Origin: an uncultured Flavobacteriales bacterium
GTDB lineage: Bacteria > Bacteroidota > Bacteroidia > Flavobacteriales_D > Sanyastnellaceae
DNA: 64,000 nucleotides
Direction of reading: 5' to 3'
Assembly (NCBI GenBank): GCA_965657965.1
Contig: CBFHQM010000010.1
Location: 1,078 to 65,077, forward strand
Part shown: positions 9,583 through 21,065 of the stretch, piece by piece
Layout of the letters: each line of letters opens with the position of its first letter
Numbering within the stretch: the first letter of the stretch is position 1
Program-made: the position numbers and the translations under genes
Notes under the pieces: model-generated
What the model saw: the letters and a program-made list of their open reading frames with translations, nothing else
Database searches by the model: none
What the model was told of the DNA's origin: nothing

Positions 9583-9903
9583 GGCGTTAAGGGTTTGGTG
9601 TGTGAATAAGTTGCTCGAATGAATCGGGTTCGCCCAATTAATTCGGCGAATTGGCTCTTTCCGTCTACTGCGGAGGTTTAAGTGCTTAATTATCAGGCTA
9701 TAATTTTCCTTTTTGGGCTTTTCGTCCGAAAGAGAGGGGCGTGTGAGTAGATTCATGGCAATCGAGATTATTGAGGCGATCAACGTTCTCTAATGTGTCA
9801 GAATCATCTCACGTCACAGCTGATGAAAGTCATCGGCCCGGATGGCATATCTCATTCAGCCCCAAGGCTCAATGGAGTGCGTCGTCCAGCGAGAGACGGG
9901 GAC

Positions 9904-11265
9904 TTAAAAAAGGGCGATGAGCGAGAGGCAGACAGCCAGTCCAACGCCTAGAAAGCGCAATGTGAAGGGCAGAATGTCCTTCGCGGCGAGCCCGGTAATG
10001 CCCAAGAGTGGCAAAGCCCAGAAGGGCTGCAGCATGTTGGTGAGTTCATCGCCATAGGCCATGGCGAGAATTGTGCGGTCGAGGGGGACGCCGAGGTCGA
10101 GGGCCGCACGAATAAGCAGGGGGCCTTGAACGGCCCATTGCCCGCCGCCGCTGGGAACAAACACATTCACGATGCCGGCAGAAAGGACGGTCCAAAGTTC
10201 AAAGGTGGTCGGGGTGGACAGCTTGACCATGGCCATGGACAAGGCTTCGACCAGTCCTGTGCTAGACATGATGCCCATAATGCCAAAGTAGAGGGGGAAT
10301 TGAATGAGGATGCCGGAGGTTCCGCCGATGGCTGCCTCCACCGCTTGAAGAAACCGCTTGAGGCTGCCGTGGAGCAAAAAGGCCAATCCGAGTAGAGTCT
10401 GGTTGGTCCAGTCGGGATCGATAAAGCCCAAACGGCCCGCATCGGGGTGAGTGGTGGCTTTTTGTAACGCCAACAGCAGCAAGGTGAGTCCGAACAGGGT
10501 GGGGAGAATTCGCAGGTGGGGAGCCAATCTGCTTCGGACCGCGGGTTCCACAATTTGAGGAAGAGCGGGGCGTTTTGCGTTGGCGCGGTCGAGTTTTCTG
10601 CCAAGTACAAAAGCCGTGGCCACAGCGCCCAGGATCAGGGCGCCCGTCATCAGGAAATTGTGGAGCGAAAAAACGGTAAGTCCCAAAGGCAATGCTTCGG
10701 GCAAGACACCTGGAGCGATGTCTGCGATGGCCGCGAGGTCGGCCAAATGACCGGACTCAGCCACTTTGATGGGGGCGGATCCGCTCAGGCCTCCATGCCA
10801 AACCATCAGGCCGCAATATCCAGCGGCACCCACGAGGCCATAGTGGAGAGGAAGGCCATGGGCTTTCGCGTTTTCGCCCACTTTTCGGGCCAAAACCGCA
10901 CCGACGATCAAGCCCAGTCCCCAATTGATCCATCCCGCCAAGCAGGCCACAAGCGCAACGGTGGCCGCAGCTCGGGCATTGGTGTTCCCCGCCAACTTAA
11001 CCACTTTTCCAATCAAGCGGTCAACGGCAGGGGTCAGCGCCAAGGCGTGTCCCAAAACCAGCATGAATGCGGCTTGGAAAGCAAAGACCATGAGTGGACG
11101 GTTCCACAATCCATCTCTCCAAGCCGTGGCGATGCTGTTGGCATCCGCACCCAAAAACGACGCTGCCACCGCCGTAACGACCGTAAGGCCGAGGGCGATG
11201 GCAAGCGGTGAGGGAATCCATTGGAATGAATTCCCCGTCGTTTTGGACTCAGGATCCGCGGTCAT
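9904..11265 (-). CDS. Short-chain fatty acid transporter family (AtoE-like) membrane protein
   Basis: Track ORF 9904..11412. Its first 49 codons overlap the upstream gene, so the start was moved to ATG 11265 (MTADPESK...). The protein is polytopic. The C-terminal VPSGGGQWAVQGPLL...YGDELTNMLQPFWALP segment resembles the AtoE/SCFA-transporter family. Confidence 0.7.
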   Translation of the reverse strand: MTADPESKTTGNSFQWIPSPLAIALGLTVVTAVAASFLGADANSIATAWRDGLWNRPLMVFAFQAAFMLVLGHALALTPAVDRLIGKVVKLAGNTNARAAATVALVACLAGWINWGLGLIVGAVLARKVGENAKAHGLPLHYGLVGAAGYCGLMVWHGGLSGSAPIKVAESGHLADLAAIADIAPGVLPEALPLGLTVFSLHNFLMTGALILGAVATAFVLGRKLDRANAKRPALPQIVEPAVRSRLAPHLRILPTLFGLTLLLLALQKATTHPDAGRLGFIDPDWTNQTLLGLAFLLHGSLKRFLQAVEAAIGGTSGILIQFPLYFGIMGIMSSTGLVEALSMAMVKLSTPTTFELWTVLSAGIVNVFVPSGGGQWAVQGPLLIRAALDLGVPLDRTILAMAYGDELTNMLQPFWALPLLGITGLAAKDILPFTLRFLGVGLAVCLSLIALF

Positions 11266-11278
11266 GCGGGGCGCTGAA

Positions 11279-11665
11279 TCAGAAGGGCAGGTCGTCCTCC
11301 GTAGAAGCGGGAGCACTGGGGTTGAATGCAGGTGCGGGTGGCACTTCAGCGGCAACAGGCTGCTGTGCAGCGCCTTCTGGTGCAGGCGCACCTTCGGCCC
11401 CCATTTTCTCAACGCGCCACGCGTTCAAGTCGACGTAGTAGCGATCGTTGTATTCACGTCCCTTGACGTCAAACTTGACGCTGACTTGGTCTCCTTCCGT
11501 GAGGCCATTCAATTGGTCGGACTTCTCTTTCAGTGCGGCGAACTTGACGTCCGACGGGTATTGCTCAGCCGTGGTGATCACGAATTCACGCTTGTAGAAT
11601 TCGCTGGTCTCAGACTTCCAAACTGGGTACAGGCGCTTGACCGTCCCCTTCATCTCGTAACTCAT
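11279..11665 (-). CDS. DUF3127-type OB-fold-like protein with an SSB-like C-terminal tail
   Basis: Track ORF 11279..11710 was trimmed to ATG 11665 (MSYEMKGTVKRLYPVW...). The core is YKREFVITTAEQYPSDVKFAALKEKSDQL...VKFDVKGREYNDRYYVDLNAWRVE, followed by an Ala/Pro-rich linker and a terminal DDLPF. Confidence 0.7.
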   Translation of the reverse strand: MSYEMKGTVKRLYPVWKSETSEFYKREFVITTAEQYPSDVKFAALKEKSDQLNGLTEGDQVSVKFDVKGREYNDRYYVDLNAWRVEKMGAEGAPAPEGAAQQPVAAEVPPAPAFNPSAPASTEDDLPF

Positions 11666-11690
11666 ACAGCGAATATCGCTCCTTCGGACG

Positions 11691-12608
11691 TCAACCTGGG
11701 TTGTACGCAAGCAAGGTCATCCACGCTCCGTCCACATCGCCTTGTTCAAGCCGGCCTTTTGCCTCTGTAAACAGCGCATTTTCAAGTGCGTTTGAGTCAT
11801 CCTCATGCGCCATAAAAATGTCTGAAAGCTCAATCAGTTTGTGCTCATTGACGGCCGTTTCATCGGGCACGATTTTGGCCGACCCCAGGCGGGCACGCTC
11901 GTTGGCGGACAAAGCGGGGTGAAGCCGGATGTGGTCGGGCAAGGCATCAACACCTACGGCCAAGCCTTTTCCTGTTGGCTTTGGGATTTCGAACAGTGCA
12001 TCGCCCGAGGCGCGGACGTAAAAGTTGCCCCCACAGCGCCCGGCCAAATCAATGGCGTGCGCATCGGGCTTCCCGTCTGCCCCCAACACGTCATCTGCGA
12101 TGTGCACCCGTTGCACTTGGCATACGAGCATCTGACCTGCGCCAGGTCCGTCACCCAAAGAGACGATTTGCGTAATCCGGCATTCAAAGGCCACTGGAGC
12201 CTCGGCTACGCGATACGGTGCCACCGTATCGCTGGCCAAAGGAGTGAAGCCCGCTTTGGCGAATTCATCGACATTGGCGGGGTAATCACTGCTGGAGAGA
12301 GACGCGCCTTCGACCATGGCGTGGTCGACCAAGTTGACCACGATTTCGCCATTGATTCTGGCATTGGCCAAGGTGTCTTTCACGCCACCGTCACGGCCGC
12401 GCAACGTGGGGCCAACCATCAGAACTGGGGGGTCGATGGAGAACACGTTGAAATAGCTGAACGGAGCCAAGTTGCGGTTTCCGTCGGCATCGATGGTGCT
12501 GGCAAGGGCGATCGGCCGTGGGGCCACCGTGCCCACCAGGAGCGCGTAGCGGTCTTGTATGGGAAGGCTGCTTGGGTCGTGCGCCGTAGTGCTGCGAATT
12601 GGGGTCAT
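11691..12608 (-). CDS. Flavin reductase-like FMN-binding family protein
   Basis: The N-terminal half ([39 protein letters not shown]) matches the Flavin_Reduct fold signature. There is a C-terminal extension of about 100 aa. Confidence 0.75.
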   Translation of the reverse strand: MTPIRSTTAHDPSSLPIQDRYALLVGTVAPRPIALASTIDADGNRNLAPFSYFNVFSIDPPVLMVGPTLRGRDGGVKDTLANARINGEIVVNLVDHAMVEGASLSSSDYPANVDEFAKAGFTPLASDTVAPYRVAEAPVAFECRITQIVSLGDGPGAGQMLVCQVQRVHIADDVLGADGKPDAHAIDLAGRCGGNFYVRASGDALFEIPKPTGKGLAVGVDALPDHIRLHPALSANERARLGSAKIVPDETAVNEHKLIELSDIFMAHEDDSNALENALFTEAKGRLEQGDVDGAWMTLLAYNPG

Positions 12609-13111
12609 TTGCGGGCGATGGATTGACCTTCGGATTCAACATCCCCTACCGTTCCCAAGACTTTGTCCTTCAGGGACTGGGCGTATTGGTCCAGTTGGGT
12701 GGCCAATTCAGGGCGCGATGCGGACAGAATGCGCGCCGCCAAGAGGCCAGCATTTTTACCGCCATCCAAAGCCACAGTGGCGACGGGAATGCCCGAGGGC
12801 ATTTGAAGGATGCTCAAGATGCTGTCCCATCCGTCGATGCTGTTCGAGCTTTTCACTGGGACGCCAATCACGGGGAGGCTGGTTAAGCTGGCGACCATAC
12901 CGGGCAGGTGGGCTGCGCCACCGGCACCGGCGATGATAACGCCAATGCCGCGGTTGCGGGCTTCCCGCGCATAATCCACCATGCGGTCGGGGGTGCGGTG
13001 TGCACTCACCACCGTCATTTCGTGTTCTACACCGAGTTCGGTTAGAATTTCCGCCGCTTGACGGAGAACGGGCAGGTCGCTTTTGCTGCCCATAATGATG
13101 CCCACTTTCAT
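12605..13111 (-). CDS. purE: 5-(carboxyamino)imidazole ribonucleotide mutase
   Basis: [48 protein letters not shown]...[17 protein letters not shown] is a canonical PurE sequence. The start was set at ATG 13111 instead of the track start 13183. Confidence 0.9.
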   Translation of the reverse strand: MKVGIIMGSKSDLPVLRQAAEILTELGVEHEMTVVSAHRTPDRMVDYAREARNRGIGVIIAGAGGAAHLPGMVASLTSLPVIGVPVKSSNSIDGWDSILSILQMPSGIPVATVALDGGKNAGLLAARILSASRPELATQLDQYAQSLKDKVLGTVGDVESEGQSIARK

Positions 13112-13143
13112 GGGACAAAGATACAAGCGGGCGAGCGGGCGAT

Positions 13144-14418
13144 TTAGGCCAGCAAAGACACCACGCAGGCCGTCAGCAAACACGCAATGGTTCCTCCCAA
13201 AAGGGCGCGGAAACCGAGCTTAGCCAACTCGCCCCGACGGCTGGGTGCCAGCACGCCGATGCCCCCCACTTGGATGCCAATGGAAGCGAAGTTGGCAAAT
13301 CCACAGAGCACGTATGTGGCGATCAGGACGCTTCGCTCATTCACGAATTCTCCAGCCTCTTTCATGTTCATGAGCGTGACATAGGCGTAAAATTCGTTGA
13401 TCACGGTTTTCTCTCCCAAGAGTTGCCCCACCAGCACCGCGTCCTGCATGGGGACGCCAACCAGCCAAGCCAAGGGCGCTCCGATGTATCCCAGAATGAA
13501 TTCGAGGCTCAGGTCATCGAAGCGTGTGCCCGCTGCAATCACATCGTTGATGCCCGTCCAGCCACCAACCCAACCCAAGATGTCGTTGGACATGTAAACC
13601 AAGGCGGTAAACACCAAGAGCATCACGCCCACATTGGCCGCAAGGACCAATCCGTCTCGGGTTCCGTTGGTGATGGCTTCTAGAATGTTGGCGGCATCTG
13701 ATTTGACGAGGTCTACCTTTTCGGCAGATTGCAAATCGGTTTCGGGGACCAGCAATTTGGCTGCCGCCACTGCCGCCGGGGCGGAGATAAGAGAGGCCGT
13801 TAGCAAGTGTGTGGCAAAGTAGGCTTGCGCTTCGGGGTCGTCGCCACCCAAAAAGGCCACATACGTCGCAAAGACTGAGCCTGCAATCGTGGCCATGCCT
13901 CCGGTCATCACCAACATGAGCTCGGACCGCGTCATTTTGTCCAAGTATGGACGGATCAGCAAGGGGCTTTCGGTTTGCCCCAGGAATACATTTCCAGCAA
14001 CAGCGAGGCTTTCCTTTCCCGAAAGGCGAAGGGTTCTTCGCATGAGCCATGCAAATCCCCGGATGAACAATGGGAGCAGTCCCATGTGGTGAAGCAGGGC
14101 GCTGAATGCACTAAAGAACACAATGGTGGGGAGGAGTCGGAAGGCGAAGTTTTCTAAGCTTACGTCCACTTTCCCTTCCATTCCGAAGCTGCCTAGAAGA
14201 AAGTCTGTGCCCCGATCTGTGTAGCCAATCAGAACCACAAAGAGTTCGGCTACCCATGTGAATCCATCTTTGACAAAAGGCACTTTGAGAACCAAAATGG
14301 CCAGGGCAAATTGCAAAGCCAGAGCTCCTAATACGGTCCGCCAAGCCACAGACTTGCGATTGGTGGAGACACCCCACATGATGGCGGCGAGTACCGCCAT
14401 TCCCAGAATTGCTTGCAT
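13144..14418 (-). CDS. NupC/CNT-family nucleoside transporter
   Basis: This is a 424-aa polytopic protein. The C-terminal [40 protein letters not shown] is typical of concentrative nucleoside transporters. Confidence 0.85.
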   Translation of the reverse strand: MQAILGMAVLAAIMWGVSTNRKSVAWRTVLGALALQFALAILVLKVPFVKDGFTWVAELFVVLIGYTDRGTDFLLGSFGMEGKVDVSLENFAFRLLPTIVFFSAFSALLHHMGLLPLFIRGFAWLMRRTLRLSGKESLAVAGNVFLGQTESPLLIRPYLDKMTRSELMLVMTGGMATIAGSVFATYVAFLGGDDPEAQAYFATHLLTASLISAPAAVAAAKLLVPETDLQSAEKVDLVKSDAANILEAITNGTRDGLVLAANVGVMLLVFTALVYMSNDILGWVGGWTGINDVIAAGTRFDDLSLEFILGYIGAPLAWLVGVPMQDAVLVGQLLGEKTVINEFYAYVTLMNMKEAGEFVNERSVLIATYVLCGFANFASIGIQVGGIGVLAPSRRGELAKLGFRALLGGTIACLLTACVVSLLA

Positions 14419-15027
14419 TTATGTGTTGCTTCGCCGGTCCATTTCGTCCCGGATCATTCCGGCGCGTTCGTAGTCCTCTTTTTCAATGGCGAGGTCCAAT
14501 TCCCGTTGCAAATTTTGCGGAGACAGGGTCGACAGTCCGTCGCTGGGCTCCACGGGTTCCTCCAGGCCAAAAGGGTCATCTGCATTCTCCTCCGGCATTG
14601 GGGTAATGTTCGCCTCACCGTCGGGTGCGACGGCTGCGGCTTCCATGACCTTCTCGTCGCAATAAATGGGGCAACCAAACCGCACAGCCAGCGCCACGGC
14701 ATCCGAAGTGCGCGCATCGATGGTGTGTGAAGTACCGTCGAGTTCGCAGACCAGTCGAGCAAAGAAAATTCCTTCCACCAGATCGTAAATCACAACCTCC
14801 GACAAGGCAACGCCAAAGCTGGTGGCCACACTCTGCAGCAAGTCGTGCGTGAGCGGACGGCTTGGCGTCATGTTTTCCAATTTGATGGCAATGGATTGGG
14901 CTTCGTGCATGCCAATCACAATGGGCAGTTTTCGCTGTCCATTCACCTCCTCGAGCACGAGGGTGTAAGCGCCAGAACTGGCGCCACTTGGCTTAATGTC
15001 GATTACCGCGAGCAGGGACTTTTTCAT
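14419..15027 (-). CDS. Bifunctional nuclease (DUF151) family protein with a C-terminal UVR motif
   Basis: The DUF151 core is YTLVLEEVNGQRKLPIVIGMHEAQSIAIKLENMTPSRPLTHDLL. The C-terminal LQRELDLAIEKEDYERAGMIRDEMDRR is a UvrB/C-type motif. Confidence 0.75.
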   Translation of the reverse strand: MKKSLLAVIDIKPSGASSGAYTLVLEEVNGQRKLPIVIGMHEAQSIAIKLENMTPSRPLTHDLLQSVATSFGVALSEVVIYDLVEGIFFARLVCELDGTSHTIDARTSDAVALAVRFGCPIYCDEKVMEAAAVAPDGEANITPMPEENADDPFGLEEPVEPSDGLSTLSPQNLQRELDLAIEKEDYERAGMIRDEMDRRSNT

Positions 15028-15057
15028 GGTCGGCCGGGCTTGAAGGTAGGGGATTCC

Positions 15058-15981
15058 TCAGAGTGACTTGAAGGCTTCGGTCAACTTGGGGACAACTTCA
15101 AAGGCATCGCCAACAATTCCATAGTCGGCCGCTTTGAAGAAGGGCGCTTCGGGGTCTTTGTTGATCACCACGATGACTTTGGAGTTGTTGACACCGGCCA
15201 AGTGCTGAATCGCACCCGATATCCCGATGGCGATGTACAAGTTTGGACGGATGGTGATTCCAGTCTGTCCCACATGTTCGTGGTGCGGTCGCCATCCGAT
15301 GTCTGATACAGGGCGAGAACAGGCGGTGGTGGCACCGAGAACATCGGCCAAGTCCTCCACAAGTCCCCAGTTCTCAGGCCCCTTCATCCCACGTCCTGCC
15401 GACACAACGAGTTCGGCTTCTGGGAGAGGAGCGCGGTCGCCTGAATTTGGCTTGGCGGCTTCCAAAACTTCCACTTTAGATGACCCGAGGTCCGGCGCAA
15501 AGGGGAGAACCGATGCTGTGGCTCCCGCGCTGTCGGGGAGTCCAATGGCATTGGGAGTTGTGGTGACGACCAATTTGTCGGTGGCGCCTTTGAGCTGGGC
15601 CATGGCCTTGCCGCTAAACACGTTTCGTGTATACCGTCCTTCGCTGGGGGCCTCGGTGACACCAGCAATGAGGCCTGCGCCCATTCGGACAGCCACACGA
15701 CCAGCAATGGCCTTACCCAAGTGGTCTTGGGCACAGACTGCGATGTTGGCGTTTTCTTGATCGGCTGCAGCGGCAATAAGCCGCGCCAGTTGGCTGTCGT
15801 CTAGGTTTCCGGGAGCTTGCAGCACGCGGGATACACCCACAGCGCCCAAACCTCCATCTCCTTCAAGGTCTCCCGAGACAACGGCCACAGTTTCTCCGAG
15901 CCCGGAAGCGAGTCCTGCGGCTTCGAGGCTGGCCTTAGTGGCTTTGCCCTCTTTCGTTTGGATGAATGCAATGCACTTCAT
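15058..15981 (-). CDS. etfA: Electron transfer flavoprotein subunit alpha
   Basis: It carries the C-terminal FAD-binding signature RPVSDIGWRPHHEHVGQTGITIRPNLYIAIGISGAIQHLAG. The start was moved to ATG 15981 (MKCIAFIQTKEG). Confidence 0.9.
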   Translation of the reverse strand: MKCIAFIQTKEGKATKASLEAAGLASGLGETVAVVSGDLEGDGGLGAVGVSRVLQAPGNLDDSQLARLIAAAADQENANIAVCAQDHLGKAIAGRVAVRMGAGLIAGVTEAPSEGRYTRNVFSGKAMAQLKGATDKLVVTTTPNAIGLPDSAGATASVLPFAPDLGSSKVEVLEAAKPNSGDRAPLPEAELVVSAGRGMKGPENWGLVEDLADVLGATTACSRPVSDIGWRPHHEHVGQTGITIRPNLYIAIGISGAIQHLAGVNNSKVIVVINKDPEAPFFKAADYGIVGDAFEVVPKLTEAFKSL

Positions 15982-16000
15982 GTTCAATGCTGTTGGGGGT

Positions 16001-16741
16001 TCAAATGACCTTGGCTTCTTCGCGAAGCAAGCGAACGAGTTCGGATGGATTGTCGGCGTCGACGAGCTTAACCCCGGCTTTCTCGGAGGGCAAAACGAAG
16101 CGGTCGACCGAAGTGGCTGCTGTGGCGCCATGTGCGGCCACCACCTGCAGGGGCTTGGATCGAGCGGCCATGATGCCGCGCATGTTGGGGATGCGCTGCT
16201 CTGCCATGCCTTTGGCTGCGCTCAGGACAAAGGTCCCTTGCACGGCAATTTTTTCGATTCCACTCGCGGTCTCCCGGGTCAAAATGGCCTTGTCGCCGTC
16301 GTATTCCAGGGAGGTGGCCAATGCGATGCACGGTACGTCCAAGTGCTCAGCCATCATGGCTGGAACTGCACTGGTGTTGTGGTCAATGGTCTCTTTGCCA
16401 CACAGGATGGCATCGAAGTTTTTGTCCTTGGCGTAGTGCGCGAGTTCGGATGCCACTTGTCCCGCATCCTGTGGGTTGGCGTCAATGCGGATCGCTTCAT
16501 GTGCGCCGATGGCCAGTGCTTTTCGCAGAATGGGGTCGCAGTCTGCACCGCCGACGGATGCGATGACCACTTTTCCTCCATTGGCCTCGACGAGCTCGAG
16601 GGCGCGCACCAGCGCGTACCACTCGTCGTAGGGGTTCACGATGAATTGAACCCCTTCTTCGTTGAAGCGGGTGTCGCCCTCGGTGAATGCGATGCGCGAC
16701 GTAGTGTCGGGTGCTTTACTGATACAAACTAGAAATTCCAT
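16001..16741 (-). CDS. etfB: Electron transfer flavoprotein subunit beta
   Basis: MEFLVCISKAPDTTSRIAF...NPYDEWYALVRALEL... is a typical EtfB sequence, and the gene lies immediately upstream of etfA. Confidence 0.9.
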   Translation of the reverse strand: MEFLVCISKAPDTTSRIAFTEGDTRFNEEGVQFIVNPYDEWYALVRALELVEANGGKVVIASVGGADCDPILRKALAIGAHEAIRIDANPQDAGQVASELAHYAKDKNFDAILCGKETIDHNTSAVPAMMAEHLDVPCIALATSLEYDGDKAILTRETASGIEKIAVQGTFVLSAAKGMAEQRIPNMRGIMAARSKPLQVVAAHGATAATSVDRFVLPSEKAGVKLVDADNPSELVRLLREEAKVI

Positions 16742-16885
16742 GCCTTTTCATTGAAGGTGTGAGACAGAGTCCCGGGCTTCGAGACCGCGAAGTTAAACCC
16801 GGGCGGCCCCCCCGCACAAAGCCCTGTGCAACTCACTTTCTACGGCCTACCTTTGCGCCCCGAATTTGGATACAAAAAAATTACC

Positions 16886-17866
16886 ATGCGTACCATTCAA
16901 TATCGTGAGGCCATTTGCGAGGCCATGAGCGAAGAAATGCGACGAGACGACCGGGTGTTTCTTCTCGGCGAGGAAGTTGCGGAGTACAATGGCGCCTACA
17001 AAGCGTCGAAAGGAATGCTGGACGAGTTTGGTGCAGAGCGTGTTATTGACACGCCCATTGCCGAGCTGGGCTTCAGTGCCATCGCAGTAGGCGCGGCCAT
17101 GAATGGCCTGCGGCCGATTGTGGAGTTTATGACTTGGAACTTTGCCGTTTTGGCCAGCGACCAGATCATCAACCACGCATCCAAAATGTTACAGATGAGC
17201 GGAGGCCAATTCAGTTGCCCCATCGTTTTCCGCGGCCCGAATGGTCAGGCGGGACAGTTGGCTGCGACGCACAGCCAAGCTTATGAGAGCATGTATGCCA
17301 CCATGCCTGGACTGAAAGTGGTGACCCCTTTTACACCATACGATGCCAAAGGGTTGCTCAAGAGTGCGATTCGGGATGAAGATCCTGTGCTCATTATGGA
17401 GTCCGAAAAGATGTACGGCGACAAGGGGGAGATTCCCGAAGGAGAATATTTGATCCCCATCGGACAGGCGAGCATTCGCCGCCCCGGAACCGATTGCACC
17501 ATTGTGAGTTTCGGCAAAATCCTGAAAACCGTTCACGCGGCGGCGGATGAATTGGCCAAGGATGGCATCGATGTTGAGATCGTGGATTTGCGCACGATTC
17601 GTCCCTTGGACATCGACACTGTGCTGGAAAGTGTGAAGAAAACCGGCCGTTTGGTGATTGTGGAAGAAGGATTCCCCGTCGCAAGCATTGCCTCGGAAGT
17701 TGGCTACCGTGTCCAGCGCCATGCATTTGATTATCTCGACGCACCCATTCGACGGGTTTGCCAAACAGACACGCCGTTTGCCTTTTCGACTACGCTGATT
17801 GAGGAAGCGCTTCCTCAAGTGGCAGATGTGATTCGTACCGTAAAAGAGGTCAATTACGTCGCCTAA
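16886..17866 (+). CDS. pdhB: Pyruvate (2-oxoacid) dehydrogenase E1 component beta subunit
   Basis: MRTIQYREAICEAMSEEMRRDDRVFLLGEEVAEYNGAYKASKGMLDEFG..RVIDTPIAELGF is a transketolase-like E1-beta sequence. The start is ATG 16886. Confidence 0.85.
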   Translation: MRTIQYREAICEAMSEEMRRDDRVFLLGEEVAEYNGAYKASKGMLDEFGAERVIDTPIAELGFSAIAVGAAMNGLRPIVEFMTWNFAVLASDQIINHASKMLQMSGGQFSCPIVFRGPNGQAGQLAATHSQAYESMYATMPGLKVVTPFTPYDAKGLLKSAIRDEDPVLIMESEKMYGDKGEIPEGEYLIPIGQASIRRPGTDCTIVSFGKILKTVHAAADELAKDGIDVEIVDLRTIRPLDIDTVLESVKKTGRLVIVEEGFPVASIASEVGYRVQRHAFDYLDAPIRRVCQTDTPFAFSTTLIEEALPQVADVIRTVKEVNYVA

Positions 17867-17949
17867 TCGGCAGAACCTGACCCGCATTACCTTCGCGACC
17901 CTTAATACAAGACCCCGCCCGGAACATTCCGGAACCTTATATATCTGTT

Positions 17950-20226
17950 ATGCAGGATTTCATTCTCTACCTCGTACCCGCCATCGCTCTCTTGGGCTTG
18001 GTTTACATGTTTGTTCAATCCCGTTGGGTGAAGGCCCAAGATGCAGGTGAGGACCGCATGGTCGAAATCGCCCGTCACATCCACGAGGGTGCTCTGGCCT
18101 TTTTGAGCGCGGAGTACCGCATTCTCGCCATTTTTGTTGTTGTCGCCGGCGCCCTTTTGGGTCTGGTGTCCTATTTGGTGCCCACGACGCATTGGTTTAT
18201 CGTGATTGCGTTTGTGATTGGTGCCGTCTTCTCTGCGCTCGCCGGAAACATCGGCATGCGCATCGCCACCGAAGCCAACGTGCGCACTACACAAGCCGCT
18301 CGGACCAGCTTGGCACAGGCCTTGAAAGTCTCCTTCACAGGCGGCATGGTCATGGGACTTGGTGTGGCCGGTTTGGCGGTGTTTGGTCTGGGCATGCTGT
18401 TCATCATTCTCTTGAACTATTTCGCAGGTGGCGAGTGGCAAGGGGTGGAAAACATGACCATGATCTTGGAGGCTCTCGCCGGTTTCTCCCTGGGTGCTGA
18501 ATCGATTGCTTTGTTCGCCCGTGTGGGTGGCGGCATCTACACCAAGGCCGCCGACGTCGGTGCTGACCTTGTTGGAAAAGTGGAGGCGGGCATTCCAGAG
18601 GATGACCCTCGCAACCCAGCGACGATTGCCGACAACGTCGGAGACAACGTTGGAGACGTCGCAGGAATGGGCGCGGACCTTTTTGGTTCTTATGTGGCGA
18701 CTGTGCTCGCAGCCATGGTGCTCGGAAACTATGTCATCAACGACATGGGCGGGACCATCACCGATGACTTCGGTGGCATGTCAACCATTCTGTTGCCTCT
18801 GATCATCTCTGCACTCGGCATCATCTTCTCCATCCTCGGAGCTTTGGTGATTCGGATCAAAGACGGAGCGAAGGAGCCCGAAGTTCAAGCTGCCTTGAAC
18901 CGAGGGAACTGGGGGTCCATCATTTTGACCGCTGTGGCGTGTTACTTCTTGATTGACACCATGCTTCCAGGTACGTTGCAGATGGACTTCTTTGGAGAAG
19001 GCATCCGCACATTCAGCAGCATTAACGTTTTCTACTCCGTGATTGTCGGACTCGTCGTTGGTGGCGCCATTTCATACATGACCGAGTACTACACTGGTCT
19101 TGGCAAGAAGCCCGTCATGGACATTGTCCAGAACTCTTCTACCGGAGCGGCAACCAACATCATTGCGGGATTGGCCACAGGCATGATCTCTACGTTTGGT
19201 CCCATTTTGCTTTTCGCTGCGGCGATCTTCATCTCCTATGAATTCGCAGGATTCTATGGTGTGGCCATTGCAGCATGTTCCATGATGGCCACTACAGCCA
19301 TGCAGCTGGCCATCGACGCTTTCGGCCCCATCGCAGACAATGCAGGGGGCATCGCGGAGATGAGTGAGCTCCCGGAAGAAGTGCGGGAACGCACCGACAT
19401 TTTGGACTCCGTGGGCAACACGACTGCGGCCATCGGAAAAGGCTTCGCCATTGCCTCTGCGGCCTTGACGGCGCTCGCCTTGTTTGCGGCCTATGTGGAA
19501 TTTACCGGAATCGATGGCATCAACATCTTCAAGGCCAATGTCCTCTCGGCCTTGTTTATTGGTGGCATGATCCCTGTGGTGTTCTCGGCCTTGGCCATGA
19601 ACTCTGTGGGCAAAGCCGCCATGGAAATGGTGCAGGAGGTACGTCGCCAGTTCAAGGAGATCCCAGGGATTTTGGAAGGCACAGGTACGCCTGAATACGG
19701 CAAGTGTGTAGACATCTCCACCCAAGCGGCACTAAAGGAAATGATGTTGCCTGGTGCGATGACCATTGCTTTCCCATTGATCATTGGCCTTGTTCCCCTT
19801 TTGTTTGGAGCTGACCCAGCGTGGGCAGCAGAGACCCTCGGTGGCTACATGGCCGGCGTTACTGTAAGTGGCGTGCTCTGGGCCATCTTCCAGAACAATG
19901 CGGGTGGTGCTTGGGACAACGCCAAGAAATCATTTGAAGCGGGCGTCGAAATCGACGGTGAAATGACGTTCAAAGGCAGTGAGGCGCACAAAGCGGCGGT
20001 GACAGGAGACACCGTTGGTGATCCATTCAAGGACACTTCCGGACCTTCTATGAACATCCTTATCAAGTTGACCTGCCTAGTGGGACTCGTGATTGCCCCC
20101 ATCTTGGGTGGGCACGGAGAGGAGCACGATGGACACGAAGGGCATGACCACGGTGCCATTGAGGCTCCTGTGGAGACCACGTTGCCGACTGCCGACGTCG
20201 ATTTGTCTGAATACCCTGGCGTTTGA
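17950..20226 (+). CDS. hppA: Membrane-bound ion-translocating pyrophosphatase
   Basis: This is a 758-aa polytopic protein carrying the hallmark motifs [29 protein letters not shown] and [14 protein letters not shown]. Confidence 0.92.
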   Translation: MQDFILYLVPAIALLGLVYMFVQSRWVKAQDAGEDRMVEIARHIHEGALAFLSAEYRILAIFVVVAGALLGLVSYLVPTTHWFIVIAFVIGAVFSALAGNIGMRIATEANVRTTQAARTSLAQALKVSFTGGMVMGLGVAGLAVFGLGMLFIILLNYFAGGEWQGVENMTMILEALAGFSLGAESIALFARVGGGIYTKAADVGADLVGKVEAGIPEDDPRNPATIADNVGDNVGDVAGMGADLFGSYVATVLAAMVLGNYVINDMGGTITDDFGGMSTILLPLIISALGIIFSILGALVIRIKDGAKEPEVQAALNRGNWGSIILTAVACYFLIDTMLPGTLQMDFFGEGIRTFSSINVFYSVIVGLVVGGAISYMTEYYTGLGKKPVMDIVQNSSTGAATNIIAGLATGMISTFGPILLFAAAIFISYEFAGFYGVAIAACSMMATTAMQLAIDAFGPIADNAGGIAEMSELPEEVRERTDILDSVGNTTAAIGKGFAIASAALTALALFAAYVEFTGIDGINIFKANVLSALFIGGMIPVVFSALAMNSVGKAAMEMVQEVRRQFKEIPGILEGTGTPEYGKCVDISTQAALKEMMLPGAMTIAFPLIIGLVPLLFGADPAWAAETLGGYMAGVTVSGVLWAIFQNNAGGAWDNAKKSFEAGVEIDGEMTFKGSEAHKAAVTGDTVGDPFKDTSGPSMNILIKLTCLVGLVIAPILGGHGEEHDGHEGHDHGAIEAPVETTLPTADVDLSEYPGV

Positions 20227-21065
20227 TGCGTTTGGTCTCCTTCATCCCCGCCTCAGGCGTTGTGATTTTCACGGTGCTCACGCTGGGTCTTGCTTCTTGT
20301 GCAGGTGGCTCGGCTGAGCCAGTCAAAGGGGCGGATGTCGAGTCGTCCGACGAAATCAAATCAGAGGCAGTCGCTGACCCTTGTGACTGTATGAAGGAGG
20401 GATTGGGTGAAGGTCAAAAGAAGTACTGTCGGGAGTCCAAAAGGGACACTCAATTTTTGGAGTTGCTCCGTCAGTGTGGCATTTCAGAACTGGGCGGGGT
20501 TAGCGCCGTGAACAACATGCCGGATGATGGTCAATTCACGATGAATAAAGACCAATCTGCACTTGAATGGCTGGGAAGTAAAGTGGGTTTGGTCGAGAAG
20601 GGCACCGTGCCCATCCGAAGCTGTGTCCTCAAGGTTGAAGGCGGTGTTTTGGTCAGTGGATCACTTGTGGTCGAAATGGTGGGCATTGTCTCCACAAGCC
20701 AAGAAGGATTGCCAAGACGCGAATTGGGAAAGCACCTAAGAAGTGCAGATTTTTTTGACGTAAGTCGATTTCCTGAAGCCACTTTCACCATGACTTCGTC
20801 GAAGGCGGATGGCCGGGGCAACTTGAAGGTCAAGGGGAAATTGAGCATCAAGGGCGTCGTCAAGGAAACAGAGGCCTTAATGAGCTTTCTGTCTGTCGAC
20901 CCAGTGGTGGCCGGCGCGACCATGACGTTTGACCGGGCTGACTTTGGTGTTCAGTTTGGCAGCGGGTCCTTCTTCGACAATCTCGGAGACGACCTGATTT
21001 CGGATCAGGTTCAGATTCGGATGGCGCTTGTTGAAGACGTGGCGAAGCGCAAGCTGCCCGGCTAA
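20226..21065 (+). CDS. YceI-like domain lipoprotein
   Basis: ATG 20226 overlaps the hppA stop (TGATG). The lipobox is [11 protein letters not shown]. The YceI signature is [22 protein letters not shown]...[15 protein letters not shown]. Confidence 0.7.
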   Translation: MRLVSFIPASGVVIFTVLTLGLASCAGGSAEPVKGADVESSDEIKSEAVADPCDCMKEGLGEGQKKYCRESKRDTQFLELLRQCGISELGGVSAVNNMPDDGQFTMNKDQSALEWLGSKVGLVEKGTVPIRSCVLKVEGGVLVSGSLVVEMVGIVSTSQEGLPRRELGKHLRSADFFDVSRFPEATFTMTSSKADGRGNLKVKGKLSIKGVVKETEALMSFLSVDPVVAGATMTFDRADFGVQFGSGSFFDNLGDDLISDQVQIRMALVEDVAKRKLPG

